A stretch of DNA of 62,865 nt, counting the filler. It is 6 parts of 6 records of this genome, joined end to end, with 100 filler letters (N's around TTAATTAATTAA, not from the genome) between each part and the next. Parts side by side here need not be neighbours in the genome. Positions count along the whole stretch, not along the records: positions 32,649 to 55,955 come from DRR723986_86189; 5 more parts are not named here. One strand, 5' to 3'. Positions 39,101 to 52,872 of this stretch are shown here, piece by piece (positions within the stretch are counted from its first letter, which is position 1; every line of letters begins with the position of its first letter). Below the pieces are notes generated by a model. That model did not search any database. It was not told where the DNA came from and saw nothing but the letters and a program-made list of their open reading frames with translations. The position numbers and the translations under genes were made by a program.

Positions 39101-39985
39101 ATGTATAGAGGAATTCTTTATATGCTCTTATCTTCAGTGTGTTTTGCGCTGATTAATATTTGCGTTAAAATCTTATCGAATTCCGGGGATTTATTTCTTG
39201 AGATTCAAGATTACCCCTCCTATGAATTGGTCTTTTTCAGATCTATAATTTCATTGGTCATTTGTTTTGCCATCATCCGACATAAAAAAATTCCGTTTTT
39301 TGGAAACAATAAAAAATGGTTAATCATTAGAGGTTTCGCTGGGGTAACCGCATTGCTTATGTTTTTCATCACACTAAAACATTTACCAATTGCTATCAGC
39401 ACAACAGTCCAGTACCTCTCTCCTATTTTCACCATACTTTTTGCCATTAAACTACAGAAAGAAAAAGTCAAACCAATTCAATGGCTGTTTTTCTTTATTT
39501 CTTTATCAGGCGTAGCTTGGATTGGATTTTTTAAAGATGGAAATGTTCCGTTTAATCCTATATGGTTGTTATTAGGCCTAATATCTGCAATCATCTCTGG
39601 AATTGCCTACAATGCCATTATGAAATGCCGGGAAACTGACGAACCAATTACCGTTGTCATGTACTTTCCTTTAATTGCAACTCCTCTAATGCTTACTGCA
39701 TGTCTTATTTTTGGATTCGTTGTGCCACAGGGAATTGAATGGTTGATATTGCTTGCAATTGGTGTCTTAACACAAGCAGCTCAAATTTCAATGACTCGAG
39801 CATTCCATGCGGATGCTGCTGCAAAAGTTACTCCTATTAAATATGTTGGGGCCATTTATGCGGTGGCGGCCGGATTCTTTATCTTTAACGAAGAATTAGG
39901 CTGGTATTCGTCAATTGGCATTGTTTTAATCTTGTCAGGAGTATTATTGAATACCTTCTTCAAATCATTGGGCAAGACGGCCTAA
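39101..39985 (+). CDS. DMT/EamA family transporter
   Basis: About 10 TM segments; ELVFFRS, LIIRG, LQKEKV, IFNE. Confidence 0.9.
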   Translation: MYRGILYMLLSSVCFALINICVKILSNSGDLFLEIQDYPSYELVFFRSIISLVICFAIIRHKKIPFFGNNKKWLIIRGFAGVTALLMFFITLKHLPIAISTTVQYLSPIFTILFAIKLQKEKVKPIQWLFFFISLSGVAWIGFFKDGNVPFNPIWLLLGLISAIISGIAYNAIMKCRETDEPITVVMYFPLIATPLMLTACLIFGFVVPQGIEWLILLAIGVLTQAAQISMTRAFHADAAAKVTPIKYVGAIYAVAAGFFIFNEELGWYSSIGIVLILSGVLLNTFFKSLGKTA

Positions 39986-41787
39986 GAGAAATTTAAATCG
40001 TACAACTTTTTATATTGACCATCTAAATCAAGTAATTCTTGATGAGTTCCCCTCTCAAGAATTTTACCATCATCAATCACCAAAATCTCATTTGAATTGA
40101 CTATCGTTGACAACCTATGCGCGATAACAATTGAAGTTCTTCCTTTTTGAAGTTTATTGGTAGCATTTTGAATAAGTTCTTCTGATTCAGAATCCACACT
40201 AGCGGTAGCCTCATCCAAAATTAAAATTTTAGGATTATAAACATAAGCTCGAATGAATGAAATCAACTGTTTCTGTCCAACAGAAAGCACCCCTCCACGC
40301 TCTCTAACATTGTAATTATAATCATCAGGTAAGTTCATGATAAAATCATGAGCACCCACTTCTTTGGCCGCCTCAATCACTTGTTCTTTGGTTATTTCCT
40401 TGTTTCCAAGTGTGATATTATTCATTATCGTATCTGAGAATAAAAACACATCCTGTAGTACTATTGCAATACTTTTTCGCAAGGTGTTGAGTTCAATTTC
40501 TCGAATGGAATGATCGCCGATAAATAATTCACCTTTTTGAAATTCATAAAAACGAGTCAACAAATTGATTATGGTAGATTTCCCTGCCCCTGTTGCCCCA
40601 ACTAATGCAACAGATTGACCTGGTTGAACGGTAAAATCAATTCCTTTCAACACCCAATCTTCATCATTATAAGCAAACCACAAATCCTTAAATTCAATCT
40701 TCTGAGAAAAATCAACTTCTATTAAACTTCCACTGTCATCTATATGCTCTTTTCTATCTAGCATTTCAAAAACTCGTTCTGCCCTAACCATTCCTCTTTG
40801 CAGAACATTGAATCTGTCGGCCATTTGACGAATTGGACGATACAGCTTATAAATCAAGAGAATAAATGCAAATATCTCACCAGTTGATACACTGATTCCT
40901 TCAACCGCATCCATCTGAAATAAACTCCAGAAAATGATTGCAGCAATGGATAATGAACTCAATAACTCAACGAACGGGAAAAATATCGAATTGGCCATTA
41001 TTGCATCTAAATGTGCCTGCTTATGCTCCGCGTTAATTCCTTTAAAAGTGTTGTATTCACGTTTTGATCTGCTAAACAATTGAACGATCATCATTCCAGA
41101 AATATGCTCCTGAACAAAAGTGTTGAGCTTGGTAACCTGCGTTCGTTCTTTTTCAAAAGACTTCTTCATGGCCTTGGCAAATATTCGCGTTGAAAAGATC
41201 AATATAGGCACCGGAATCAAGGTCAACAAGGCAAGTTGCCAATTGGTTAAAAATAAAGCTATTAATATTGCCGACAGTTTAATTATGTCTCCAATCATGG
41301 TGATAAATCCTGTTGAAAAGACTTCAGAAACGGCTTCAATATCCGACACCATTCTCGTCACAACAACTCCATTAGGAGTTCTGTCAAAGTATTTTAACTT
41401 AAAGGAATTCAAATGCTTGAACAATCGAATTCGCATTTCCTTAATAATTGATTGCCCCAATAGCGCCCCTAAATAAGTAGAGAAAAAGGTCATTATCCCT
41501 TCTAGGAATAATAAGATTAAAACAACAATTGTCCATGCTAATAATTGATCACCTAATGCAACCGAAGGTTCCAAGCGATACATGAAACTTTGAATTAAAG
41601 AATCGTTGCATTTTTCATCTTGGATAAACCGATCCACGATTTCGCCTATCATAATTGGCTGTAAAACGCTAATCAAAGCAATAGAAACCACAACAATTAA
41701 CGAAGCCAAACTAACGTAGGGATGCGTCTTTAGATAATGCATCAACCTCTTCAATAAGACAAAATCAAACTTCGTTTTTTCAGCCAT
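39982..41787 (-). CDS. ABC exporter, fused permease/ATPase (MdlB-like)
   Basis: TMD followed by GATGAGKST, LSVGQKQ, ILDEAT, IAHRLST. Confidence 0.94.
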   Translation of the reverse strand: MAEKTKFDFVLLKRLMHYLKTHPYVSLASLIVVVSIALISVLQPIMIGEIVDRFIQDEKCNDSLIQSFMYRLEPSVALGDQLLAWTIVVLILLFLEGIMTFFSTYLGALLGQSIIKEMRIRLFKHLNSFKLKYFDRTPNGVVVTRMVSDIEAVSEVFSTGFITMIGDIIKLSAILIALFLTNWQLALLTLIPVPILIFSTRIFAKAMKKSFEKERTQVTKLNTFVQEHISGMMIVQLFSRSKREYNTFKGINAEHKQAHLDAIMANSIFFPFVELLSSLSIAAIIFWSLFQMDAVEGISVSTGEIFAFILLIYKLYRPIRQMADRFNVLQRGMVRAERVFEMLDRKEHIDDSGSLIEVDFSQKIEFKDLWFAYNDEDWVLKGIDFTVQPGQSVALVGATGAGKSTIINLLTRFYEFQKGELFIGDHSIREIELNTLRKSIAIVLQDVFLFSDTIMNNITLGNKEITKEQVIEAAKEVGAHDFIMNLPDDYNYNVRERGGVLSVGQKQLISFIRAYVYNPKILILDEATASVDSESEELIQNATNKLQKGRTSIVIAHRLSTIVNSNEILVIDDGKILERGTHQELLDLDGQYKKLYDLNFS

Positions 41788-41875
41788 CAGATGCAAAAAT
41801 ACTTAATCTAAATAGCAAAAACTGAATTATTAGTTTAGAATCCCATTAATTCTTAAATTTGTACAAAACACTACC

Positions 41876-43822
41876 TTGAAACTACGCTCCTCACTTATAC
41901 TTGTTATAATAGCCTTGGGGAACCTGTGTTTATCTCAATCGGATTCATCTGACTTAATAAACTTCAATTCAAACGATCCCGAGTTCATTATTCAAAATCA
42001 TTTTGAAAAGGCCAAAGTATTCAAGAAAAATGACGAATTAGATAGCGCTATAAATGAATTGTATAAAGCTGAGAAAATTGCTCAATCATTAAATGACGAA
42101 AAGCTGCTCGCTGATGTTTTATATAAGTTAGGCAGCTATAAATCCTCTGCCAGTTTATATGCAGAATCTATTAAATACTATCAGGATGCAGTTTTAATTT
42201 ATGCCGAAACATTTGATACTGCCGGTTTAGCTGGAGGATACAACAGATTAGGCGTTTCTTATAAACATATGGGGCAATACTCAAACGCCATAAACTCATT
42301 AACCAAATCATACAACTACTACCATGCGTTGAAAGACACCGCTGGACAGGGAAGCACAAAAATCAATTTAGGCAATGTTTTTAAAAATATCGGAGAGCCT
42401 GAAAAGGCAATAACCTATTATCATGAGGCCTTGGCAATATTTATTCCAGCAAATAATCAAAATGCTGTTGCTAACTGTTATAACAATTTAGGCAATGTGT
42501 ATAAAAACCTAGAACAGTTTGATTCATCTATGTTTTACATGAATAAAACATTAAATATTAGAAAATCCACCGGAAATCAAGCAGGTTTAAGTTACATTTT
42601 CCATAATTTGGCTAACCTCCATATTAAAATGGAAGATTACAACACTGCACTTCAATATGCAGACTCTTCTTTAACACTTAAAACCGAGAGAAATGACGAA
42701 TTCGGTATTGCCGGTGAGTTAGAAATTTTTTCTAGGATTTATTTTAAACTTGGTGATTGGAGAAATGCCATTCTTTATGGTGAAAAAGGACTCGCAATGA
42801 TCAAACCGTATAAGGATATCGAATACGAAAAAGAGTTTTATATAACTCTTGCCGAGTCTCATCTCCAAATTGGTAATTATAAAGAATCTGCCAATTATTA
42901 CAAATTACATATTGATGGTGAGAATTTTTTGAAAAAACTCAACCCAAAAAACACCCTTGAGTATGAACTGATTGAGTTCGAGTTATTGTCTGATAGTATT
43001 CAAAAAGAACAGTTAAAGCTTAAGAAGGAGCTCCAAGAAACTATCAATAAAAATGAGGAGCTTCGAAACACCGTATTTAAACGTAACATTTACCTCATTA
43101 TCTCAGGTTTAATTATATTCTCTGTGATTATCTCTTTATTCTTGTTTGCCTATCGCAGGAGATTGATAAAGAGCAAAAAAGAGAAACAAAATTTAGAAAA
43201 ATCTTCAGTACCTAAAGAGGAAAAAGAAATCTTGCTGAAAGAAGTTCATCACCGGGTTAAAAATAACTTTCAGATCATCAACAGCCTCATTCGAATCCAA
43301 TCTGAATTCATGAATCAATCAAACTTTAAACAAAAATTGATTGAAATTGAAAACAGAATCAGATCTATGTCTCTGATTCATGAAAAATTATATAAATCCG
43401 ATAGTATCTCAAAACTTGATTTTAAAGAATATGTTGAAGAGTTAATTGGTCACATAAAAGGATCGTATGAAACTCAAACAGATATTGAAATTAAACTGAA
43501 GGTTCAGCAAGTAAAATATGGAATTGACACCTTAATTCCATTAGGGCTAATTCTTAACGAATGTATCTCTAACTCTTTAAAGCACAGCTTTGAAGGCTTA
43601 GAGAAAGGAAGTATTATTGTAGAATTAAATGAAATAGAAAACGGAACTATTTTGTTAATTCAAGATGATGGAATTGGTGCTGATTTAAGTATTGATGAAC
43701 TTAAAGAGGAATCGTTGGGAATGGAATTAGTTTGGGATTTGACAGAGCAATTGGATGGAACAGTTTCATTGAGTACTGAAAAAGGATTCCATTATCAGTT
43801 TAATTTTCCAGCTTTAAAATAA
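41876..43822 (+). CDS. TPR-sensor histidine kinase (HisKA_2/HWE type)
   Basis: YNNLGNVY TPR repeats, TM, KEVHHRVKNNFQ, NECISNSLKH, DDGIG. Confidence 0.9.
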   Translation: MKLRSSLILVIIALGNLCLSQSDSSDLINFNSNDPEFIIQNHFEKAKVFKKNDELDSAINELYKAEKIAQSLNDEKLLADVLYKLGSYKSSASLYAESIKYYQDAVLIYAETFDTAGLAGGYNRLGVSYKHMGQYSNAINSLTKSYNYYHALKDTAGQGSTKINLGNVFKNIGEPEKAITYYHEALAIFIPANNQNAVANCYNNLGNVYKNLEQFDSSMFYMNKTLNIRKSTGNQAGLSYIFHNLANLHIKMEDYNTALQYADSSLTLKTERNDEFGIAGELEIFSRIYFKLGDWRNAILYGEKGLAMIKPYKDIEYEKEFYITLAESHLQIGNYKESANYYKLHIDGENFLKKLNPKNTLEYELIEFELLSDSIQKEQLKLKKELQETINKNEELRNTVFKRNIYLIISGLIIFSVIISLFLFAYRRRLIKSKKEKQNLEKSSVPKEEKEILLKEVHHRVKNNFQIINSLIRIQSEFMNQSNFKQKLIEIENRIRSMSLIHEKLYKSDSISKLDFKEYVEELIGHIKGSYETQTDIEIKLKVQQVKYGIDTLIPLGLILNECISNSLKHSFEGLEKGSIIVELNEIENGTILLIQDDGIGADLSIDELKEESLGMELVWDLTEQLDGTVSLSTEKGFHYQFNFPALK

Positions 43823-43870
43823 GCGAGGTCAAAATAATCTCTTTATTTTTGTCAAAATAATATTCTTGCT

Positions 43871-45100
43871 ATGCCTCAAATTTCGCAAAAGGGCCAAAAC
43901 ATGCCCCAGTCACCTATTAGAAAGCTCGTTCCCTTTGCGGAAAAGGCAGAAAAAATGGGAAAATCTGTATTATATTTAAATATCGGTCAACCTGATATTA
44001 GGACTCCTGAAGTTGCAATTGATGCCATACGTGTAATGGACAGAAAGACTATTGAATACAGTCATTCAGCAGGGGGTGCAAATTATAGAAGAAGTCTAGC
44101 AGAATATTATAGATCTTGCGGTATTGAAGTTACTCCTGAAGAAGTAATGATTACAACAGGTGGTTCAGAAGCCATTGTTTTTGGGTTTTTATCTTGTTTT
44201 GATCCAGGAGACGAAGTGATTATTCCCGAGCCGTTTTACGCAAATTATAATGGCTTTGCTAAAATTGCTGGTATAAATGTTGTTCCTGTAACTGCAACTA
44301 TTGACAATGGCTTTGCTTTGCCCCCAGTTGCAGACTTTGAAGCCTTAATTAATGAAAAAACCAAAGGAATAGTAATTTGCAATCCCGGAAATCCAACAGG
44401 TTATCTATACTCTAAAGAGGAATTAGAGCAATTAAGAGATATTGTAAAGGAACATGACCTCTACTTATTTGCAGATGAGGTTTACAGAGAGTTTTGTTAT
44501 GACGGTGCGGTGCCATATAGTGTAATGAATTTAGAAGGAATTGAGCAAAATGTAATATTGATTGATTCAGTTTCTAAAAGATATTCAATGTGTGGAGCAA
44601 GAATAGGCGCATTTATCTCAAGAAATAAAGAAATTCTAGCAACTGCTTTAAAATTTGCTCAGGCGAGATTATCTCCACCGACTTTAGGCCAAATTGCAAG
44701 TGAAGGAGCCCTGAAAACACCACAATCCTATTTTGATGAAGTCATTTCTGAATACGTTCAAAGAAGAGATATTTTAGTTAAAGGATTAAATGAAATTCCA
44801 GGTGTATACTGTCCTAATCCGAAAGGAGCTTTTTATTGTGTTGCTAAGTTCCCGGTAGATTCAACCGAAAAATTCTGTCAATGGCTTCTAGAAGAGTTCG
44901 AGCATGATGGTAAAACTGTAATGATGGCACCATTGGCAGGGTTCTATGCTTCAGATAATAAAGGTTTGCAAGAGGCAAGAATAGCTTATGTCTTAGAACA
45001 AGACGCCCTAAGATCAGCTGTAGAATGCCTAAAGGAGGCGTTAAAAGTGTATCCAGGTCGTATTCAGCAAGAAGCTGGATCTGCAGAGCAACTGGCTTAA
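43871..45100 (+). CDS. PLP-dependent aminotransferase class I/II
   Basis: LNIGQPD, CNPGNPTG, ADEVY, DSVSKRYSMCGARIG. Confidence 0.94.
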   Translation: MPQISQKGQNMPQSPIRKLVPFAEKAEKMGKSVLYLNIGQPDIRTPEVAIDAIRVMDRKTIEYSHSAGGANYRRSLAEYYRSCGIEVTPEEVMITTGGSEAIVFGFLSCFDPGDEVIIPEPFYANYNGFAKIAGINVVPVTATIDNGFALPPVADFEALINEKTKGIVICNPGNPTGYLYSKEELEQLRDIVKEHDLYLFADEVYREFCYDGAVPYSVMNLEGIEQNVILIDSVSKRYSMCGARIGAFISRNKEILATALKFAQARLSPPTLGQIASEGALKTPQSYFDEVISEYVQRRDILVKGLNEIPGVYCPNPKGAFYCVAKFPVDSTEKFCQWLLEEFEHDGKTVMMAPLAGFYASDNKGLQEARIAYVLEQDALRSAVECLKEALKVYPGRIQQEAGSAEQLA

Positions 45101-45143
45101 CTTTATTCCAATTTTAGTGAGATTTTTACGTTCTTTATAAAAA

Positions 45144-46772
45144 ATGCGTAAAAGTCTTCTCATATCTTTTTCACTAGTATTGATTGGCCTGTCGGCGTAT
45201 TCGCAGTCGTCTGCGCAATTGTTTTTTCATTTAGATAAGATTACGCTAAAAGAAAAGGTTGTTAAAGATTCTACTCTGAATCATCAAAAATATTTTACAA
45301 GAGCACTCAACGAATTTTCATTACAAGGCTATACTGGAATAAAGGCAACTGACACCATTTACAAAGGAAATGGAACACATTTCTACTTTGCAGCTGACTC
45401 AAAATTCGATAAGATTAATCTGATCAACGGAGACAAAAAGAAAAACAATTCAACAAAAAATCGTAATTATTCTGACCTCTCAAAGTCAATCAATGCTCAA
45501 TTAGTTTTTCTTGAAAACAACGGTTATCCTTTTGCCCAAGTTGAAATCACTGATCAACAGGAAGAGGATAACACACTTACTTTGACCTATCATATTGATT
45601 CTGGAAATGCCTATATCATCAATAATATTCATATCAAATCTGAAAAAAAGATTCACGACAAAACCATTCTCAATATTATTGGGATAAAACCTGGGGATAT
45701 TTACAATGAGAAAAAAATAGCCAATATCTCTTCTTTACTTTCTGCGTCAAATCTTTATAAAACTGTACGTCCAAGTCAAATACTATTCAAAGACAATTCA
45801 GCCGAATTGTACCTATATATCGCTAAACAAAAATCAAGTAGCGCTGATGGCTACATAGGCTTTCAACAAGATCAAGAAACGGGTAAATTGGCCCTGAATG
45901 GCTATGTGAATTTGCAATTGTACAACTCTTTTAATCGCGCTGAAATCATAGATTTACGCTGGAAAAGTAACCCGGATAAAACACAAGATTTTAAAGGTAA
46001 AATCGATTACCCTTATTTATTCAACACGCCGTTAGGAGTGGGTTCACATTTAGAATTACGCAAACAAGACACCACTTTTCTTAGAACAGATATCACCCTG
46101 AACCTAAGCTATAATCATCCAATTGCTAAATTCACCATTTTCGATCAAATCGAATCGAGTTCTGTTTTGAGAGAATCTGCTCCCGTCGAATATAGAAACT
46201 ATAGAAAAAACACAATTGGCGCATCTTTATTACTGAAACCACCAAGAATCGCCTCTATCCCATTCTATCATCCTGAAATTTTTCTCTTAGGAGGATTTTA
46301 CAATTACCGAGACGATACAATTGACGACAATAAATCAAAAATATCGAATCGAAAATATGAAATTGGTTATTCACATAAATTGGATTTTCTTAAATCTTTT
46401 CACCTTAAAAACACCGTTCAATTCCAAGGATTAAGTTCAAACATCAGTTTATCAAGGAACGAGTTAGTTTATTTTGGAGGACTGAACTCAGTCAGAGGGT
46501 TTTATGAATTAGAGTTATCTGGAAATGATGTATGGATTTTTAAAAACGAACTTGAATTTAAACCGATAAATCTTCTATCGATATTCATCCTCTATGATTA
46601 TTCAACATTTAAATCTAACGGACAAAGACACACCAACTCTGCTGGTTTCGGATTTGGATTAAACAATAAGAACACCCGACTAGAATTAATTATTGCAAAC
46701 GGTGTCTTAGATGCTAATCCATTAGATTTCACGCAAACTAAAATTCATATCGGGTTTAAATCTACTTTTTAA
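45144..46772 (+). CDS. POTRA-containing Omp85-like outer membrane protein
   Basis: ENNGYPFA POTRA motif, FGGLNSVRGFYE (VRGF loop), C-terminal Phe. Confidence 0.8.
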   Translation: MRKSLLISFSLVLIGLSAYSQSSAQLFFHLDKITLKEKVVKDSTLNHQKYFTRALNEFSLQGYTGIKATDTIYKGNGTHFYFAADSKFDKINLINGDKKKNNSTKNRNYSDLSKSINAQLVFLENNGYPFAQVEITDQQEEDNTLTLTYHIDSGNAYIINNIHIKSEKKIHDKTILNIIGIKPGDIYNEKKIANISSLLSASNLYKTVRPSQILFKDNSAELYLYIAKQKSSSADGYIGFQQDQETGKLALNGYVNLQLYNSFNRAEIIDLRWKSNPDKTQDFKGKIDYPYLFNTPLGVGSHLELRKQDTTFLRTDITLNLSYNHPIAKFTIFDQIESSSVLRESAPVEYRNYRKNTIGASLLLKPPRIASIPFYHPEIFLLGGFYNYRDDTIDDNKSKISNRKYEIGYSHKLDFLKSFHLKNTVQFQGLSSNISLSRNELVYFGGLNSVRGFYELELSGNDVWIFKNELEFKPINLLSIFILYDYSTFKSNGQRHTNSAGFGFGLNNKNTRLELIIANGVLDANPLDFTQTKIHIGFKSTF

Positions 46773-46842
46773 TCAATAATACTTGCCTTTAAGTCATTTG
46801 AGTCGTTATTCTATAAAACTATCGCTAATTTTAAAGCGAAAT

Positions 46843-49628
<2,786 letters not shown>

Positions 49629-49656
49629 TCATTAACTTTGATAAAAATACGAAAAC

Positions 49657-50271
49657 GTGTTTATCGAAGTCAATATAACGAATCCAGATGATCGAATTGT
49701 ACAAGATGTTGTCAATATCTTGAATAAAGGGGGTGTAATCATTTACCCAACTGACACCGTTTATGCGCTAGGCTGCAGTTTAATGCATAAAAGAGCCATT
49801 GAAAAATTGGCCAAACTAAAGGGTTTAAAACTAAAAAAAGCCAATTTCGCTCTAATTTGTCATGATTTGAGTAATCTATCTGAATATACACGATACATTG
49901 ATAGACCAACTTATAAAATCCTTAACAAAAACCTTCCTGGACCATTCACATTCATTTTACCGGCAAGCACAAGAATCCCAAAACTTTTTGACTCCAACAA
50001 AAAAACAGTCGGCATCAGAATTCCAGACAGTAATTTTGTAAGAACATTGGTGCAAGAATTGGGACACCCTTTGGTTACCACATCTATTTTGGATGATGAT
50101 GAAATACTAGAATACACAACAGATCCATATGCTATTCAAGAGAAGTGGGAATCTGATGTTGACATCATCATTGACGGTGGATACGGTAAAAATGAGCCAT
50201 CAACAGTAGTCGATTGCTCAGAAAGTGAAATCGAAATTATACGACAAGGAGTTGGTGAACTGCTTTATTAA
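49657..50271 (+). CDS. Sua5/YciO/YrdC family protein
   Basis: IYPTDTVYA, LPGPFTFIL, GIRIPD, IDGG. Confidence 0.92.
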   Translation: MFIEVNITNPDDRIVQDVVNILNKGGVIIYPTDTVYALGCSLMHKRAIEKLAKLKGLKLKKANFALICHDLSNLSEYTRYIDRPTYKILNKNLPGPFTFILPASTRIPKLFDSNKKTVGIRIPDSNFVRTLVQELGHPLVTTSILDDDEILEYTTDPYAIQEKWESDVDIIIDGGYGKNEPSTVVDCSESEIEIIRQGVGELLY

Positions 50272-50338
50272 CATCTTCATTTGAAAACTTCTTATCTAAA
50301 GAAGTTGCCTCAACCCTATTCTATCTTACATTTAAACC

Positions 50339-51925
50339 GTGATTCTTAATTACATATGGATTGGTTTTTTCTTGGTTGCTCTGATAGTAGCAATCATTAA
50401 GACTTTTCAAGGAGATTTGTCCGTTTTCGGTGAAATGGTGAATTCAACTTTTGAAATGGCAGAAGTTGGTTTTGAAATTTCTCTTTATTTAACGGGAATC
50501 CTATGCTTATGGCTAGGCATCATGAAAATTGGTGAAAAAGGTGGATCAATCAAAGCTATGTCTTGGTTAGTAGGACCATTTTTCTCAAAATTATTCCCGG
50601 ATGTTCCCAAAGACCATCCTGCAAGAGGATCCATGCTAATGAATTTCTCTGCCAACATGTTGGGGCTAGACAATGCTGCCACGCCAATGGGACTCAAAGC
50701 CATGAACGAGCTACAAGAGTTAAATCAAGAAAAAGATAAGGCTACCAATGCCATGATTATGTTCTTGGTGTTAAACACTTCAGGACTCACGCTCATACCG
50801 GTCACTGTTATGACCTACCGTGCTCAATTCGGCGCAGAAAATCCCGCAGACATTTTCTTACCCATTTTAATTGCCACCTATGTAGCTTCTTTAGTAGGAT
50901 TAATAACTGTAGCAATTTATCAACGCATCAACTTGTTTGACAAAGTAATTCTTGCCTATTTAGGTGCATTAACAGCAATAATTGTTGGCATCATTTGGTA
51001 TTTTTCTTCTTTATCTGTTGAGCAACTTGAGTCTTATTCTTCCTTGGCCAGCAATGTTATTTTGTACGGAATTATCTGCACTTTCATCATAATGGCTCTG
51101 CGTAAAAAAGTAAATGTCTATGAGGCTTTTATCGAGGGTGCAAAAGGAGGTTTTGATATTGCAATTAAAATCATTCCTTATTTGGTTGCAATATTAGTAG
51201 CAATAGGCGTGTTCAGAGCCTCAGGTGCTATGGATTATTTCGTTGCTGGCTTGGCCTGGTTTTTTAGCTCATTTCTTGAAAATACTGAGTTCGTCAATGG
51301 ATTACCTACAGCCATAATGAAACCCTTAAGTGGTTCAGGTGCAAGAGGAATGATGCTAGATGCCTTTAACACGCATGGAGTTGATAGCTTCATTGGTAAA
51401 TTAACTGCAACCTTGCAAGGCGCAACGGATACAACCTTTTATATTATCGCAGTTTACTTTGGGTCAGTGGGAATCCGTAAAACTAGATACGCTATAAAAG
51501 CAGGTCTTTTAGCTGATCTAGGTGGGATTATTGCTGGTATAATTATCGCAACTATGTGGTTCGGAGGGGATAAAAGTGAAATTGCGGATCCCGTTTCATT
51601 GACAAATGAATTTGCTAATAACTGGTCTGAAGGCAATGAAGAAGAGATGATAGCGGCACTATCAGACGATTGTGTGCTTTATGACCAATCCTTTGACACA
51701 ATCTATAACAACCCTAAAGATATTGTTACTAATTACTTGTTACCGGATTATATTAATAAGACGAACGTTGAGGCCAGATCTGTGAACTTAGTTGAAAAAG
51801 AAGATCTAAAACTGGTGTATCTTAAAATATACAACACAATTGACTCGTCTATCGTTAAAAGAAGTTTCGAACTTGAATTCGATAAATTTAAAATTGAAAG
51901 AATAAAGTATTTAGGTGATTTTTAA
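50339..51925 (+). CDS. Fused SpmA/SpmB nucleoside-recognition (Gate) membrane protein with an extra C-terminal soluble domain
   Basis: NMLGLDNAATPMGLKAM, FIEGAK, KPLSGSGARG, TDTTFYIIAVYFGSV. About 118 extra aa after the last TM. Confidence 0.88.
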   Translation: MILNYIWIGFFLVALIVAIIKTFQGDLSVFGEMVNSTFEMAEVGFEISLYLTGILCLWLGIMKIGEKGGSIKAMSWLVGPFFSKLFPDVPKDHPARGSMLMNFSANMLGLDNAATPMGLKAMNELQELNQEKDKATNAMIMFLVLNTSGLTLIPVTVMTYRAQFGAENPADIFLPILIATYVASLVGLITVAIYQRINLFDKVILAYLGALTAIIVGIIWYFSSLSVEQLESYSSLASNVILYGIICTFIIMALRKKVNVYEAFIEGAKGGFDIAIKIIPYLVAILVAIGVFRASGAMDYFVAGLAWFFSSFLENTEFVNGLPTAIMKPLSGSGARGMMLDAFNTHGVDSFIGKLTATLQGATDTTFYIIAVYFGSVGIRKTRYAIKAGLLADLGGIIAGIIIATMWFGGDKSEIADPVSLTNEFANNWSEGNEEEMIAALSDDCVLYDQSFDTIYNNPKDIVTNYLLPDYINKTNVEARSVNLVEKEDLKLVYLKIYNTIDSSIVKRSFELEFDKFKIERIKYLGDF

Positions 51926-52385
51926 TCGTAAAAAAAAGAAAGCAGAATTAACTGGGGCCGTCAAACTAAAACCTCTGAATTATCCACCGAAAATTTTGGT
52001 AGGATGGGCTGAGGCTATTGCCGGAAACACAGACCTTAGAGATTGGTTTCTCGCATCTGAACAATACAAAGAACTTGGCATGGCCGTTTACGCCATTCAT
52101 TTGAAGGATGATGCAAGAGACTGGCTGCTAAAAAACGGCTACGCCCATTTAATGGCAATGATTAATGGAGTTGAGGGCAACAAAGAAGCCTTGCACTGGT
52201 TAGAGAAAAACAACTTTCAAGTGTTGAAGCATATTGCTTTAGCTGGTGACGGCAAAGATGAATCAATGCAATGGTTAATTCGCAACAATCACAGAGAATT
52301 TGCCTTGGTTGCTCAAAAAATTGAAATTGTAAAGAACGAAATTGAAGAAAATCACAATGACGTTCATAAGTTTGGAATGGACTAA
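51915..52385 (+). CDS. Hypothetical protein with four ~25-aa helical (ankyrin-like) repeats
   Basis: GNTDLRDWFL / LKDDARDWLLKNG / GNKEALHWLEKNN / GKDESMQWLIRNN. Confidence 0.75.
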   Translation: MIFNRKKKKAELTGAVKLKPLNYPPKILVGWAEAIAGNTDLRDWFLASEQYKELGMAVYAIHLKDDARDWLLKNGYAHLMAMINGVEGNKEALHWLEKNNFQVLKHIALAGDGKDESMQWLIRNNHREFALVAQKIEIVKNEIEENHNDVHKFGMD

Positions 52386-52789
52386 TCCCGAATCAACTTA
52401 TACTCATAAAGCGTGGTGCCATCATCAAAAGTAAATTCGAAAACTTCATCATCAAAAAAGTAATTATAAGTGGTATCCAAATAATGATCGGCATCATATT
52501 GACCATTCGGAATATGGCTATTAGTGTAAATGATTCGACTGGCGTCTTGAATAAAAAATGTTCCTTTATGAGAAGCGGGAGCTCCGGTTAATGAATCCCC
52601 AACCATTTGAAACGAATTAGAATTTTCCCATAACGCCAAATAAACCACTCCTCCAGCTAAGGTATCCGTTCCATTGTATATTTCTTTAAAAACACCTCGG
52701 TAGATACCGTTATTCGGCACTAATATCTCCTTCTTACATCCAGTTAAGATGAACAGCATTAAAAAAAATGACAGAAAAAATTTTTTCAT
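52382..52789 (-). CDS. Hypothetical lipoprotein
   Basis: MKKFFLSFFLMLFILTGC lipobox. Confidence 0.8.
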   Translation of the reverse strand: MKKFFLSFFLMLFILTGCKKEILVPNNGIYRGVFKEIYNGTDTLAGGVVYLALWENSNSFQMVGDSLTGAPASHKGTFFIQDASRIIYTNSHIPNGQYDADHYLDTTYNYFFDDEVFEFTFDDGTTLYEYKLIRD

Positions 52790-52872
52790 GTTAAATAAAA
52801 ATCAAGATTGTTAATCTTATCAAAACAGATTAAAAATATTATTATCTTGCTCTTTCAAATTTACGAAAAACA

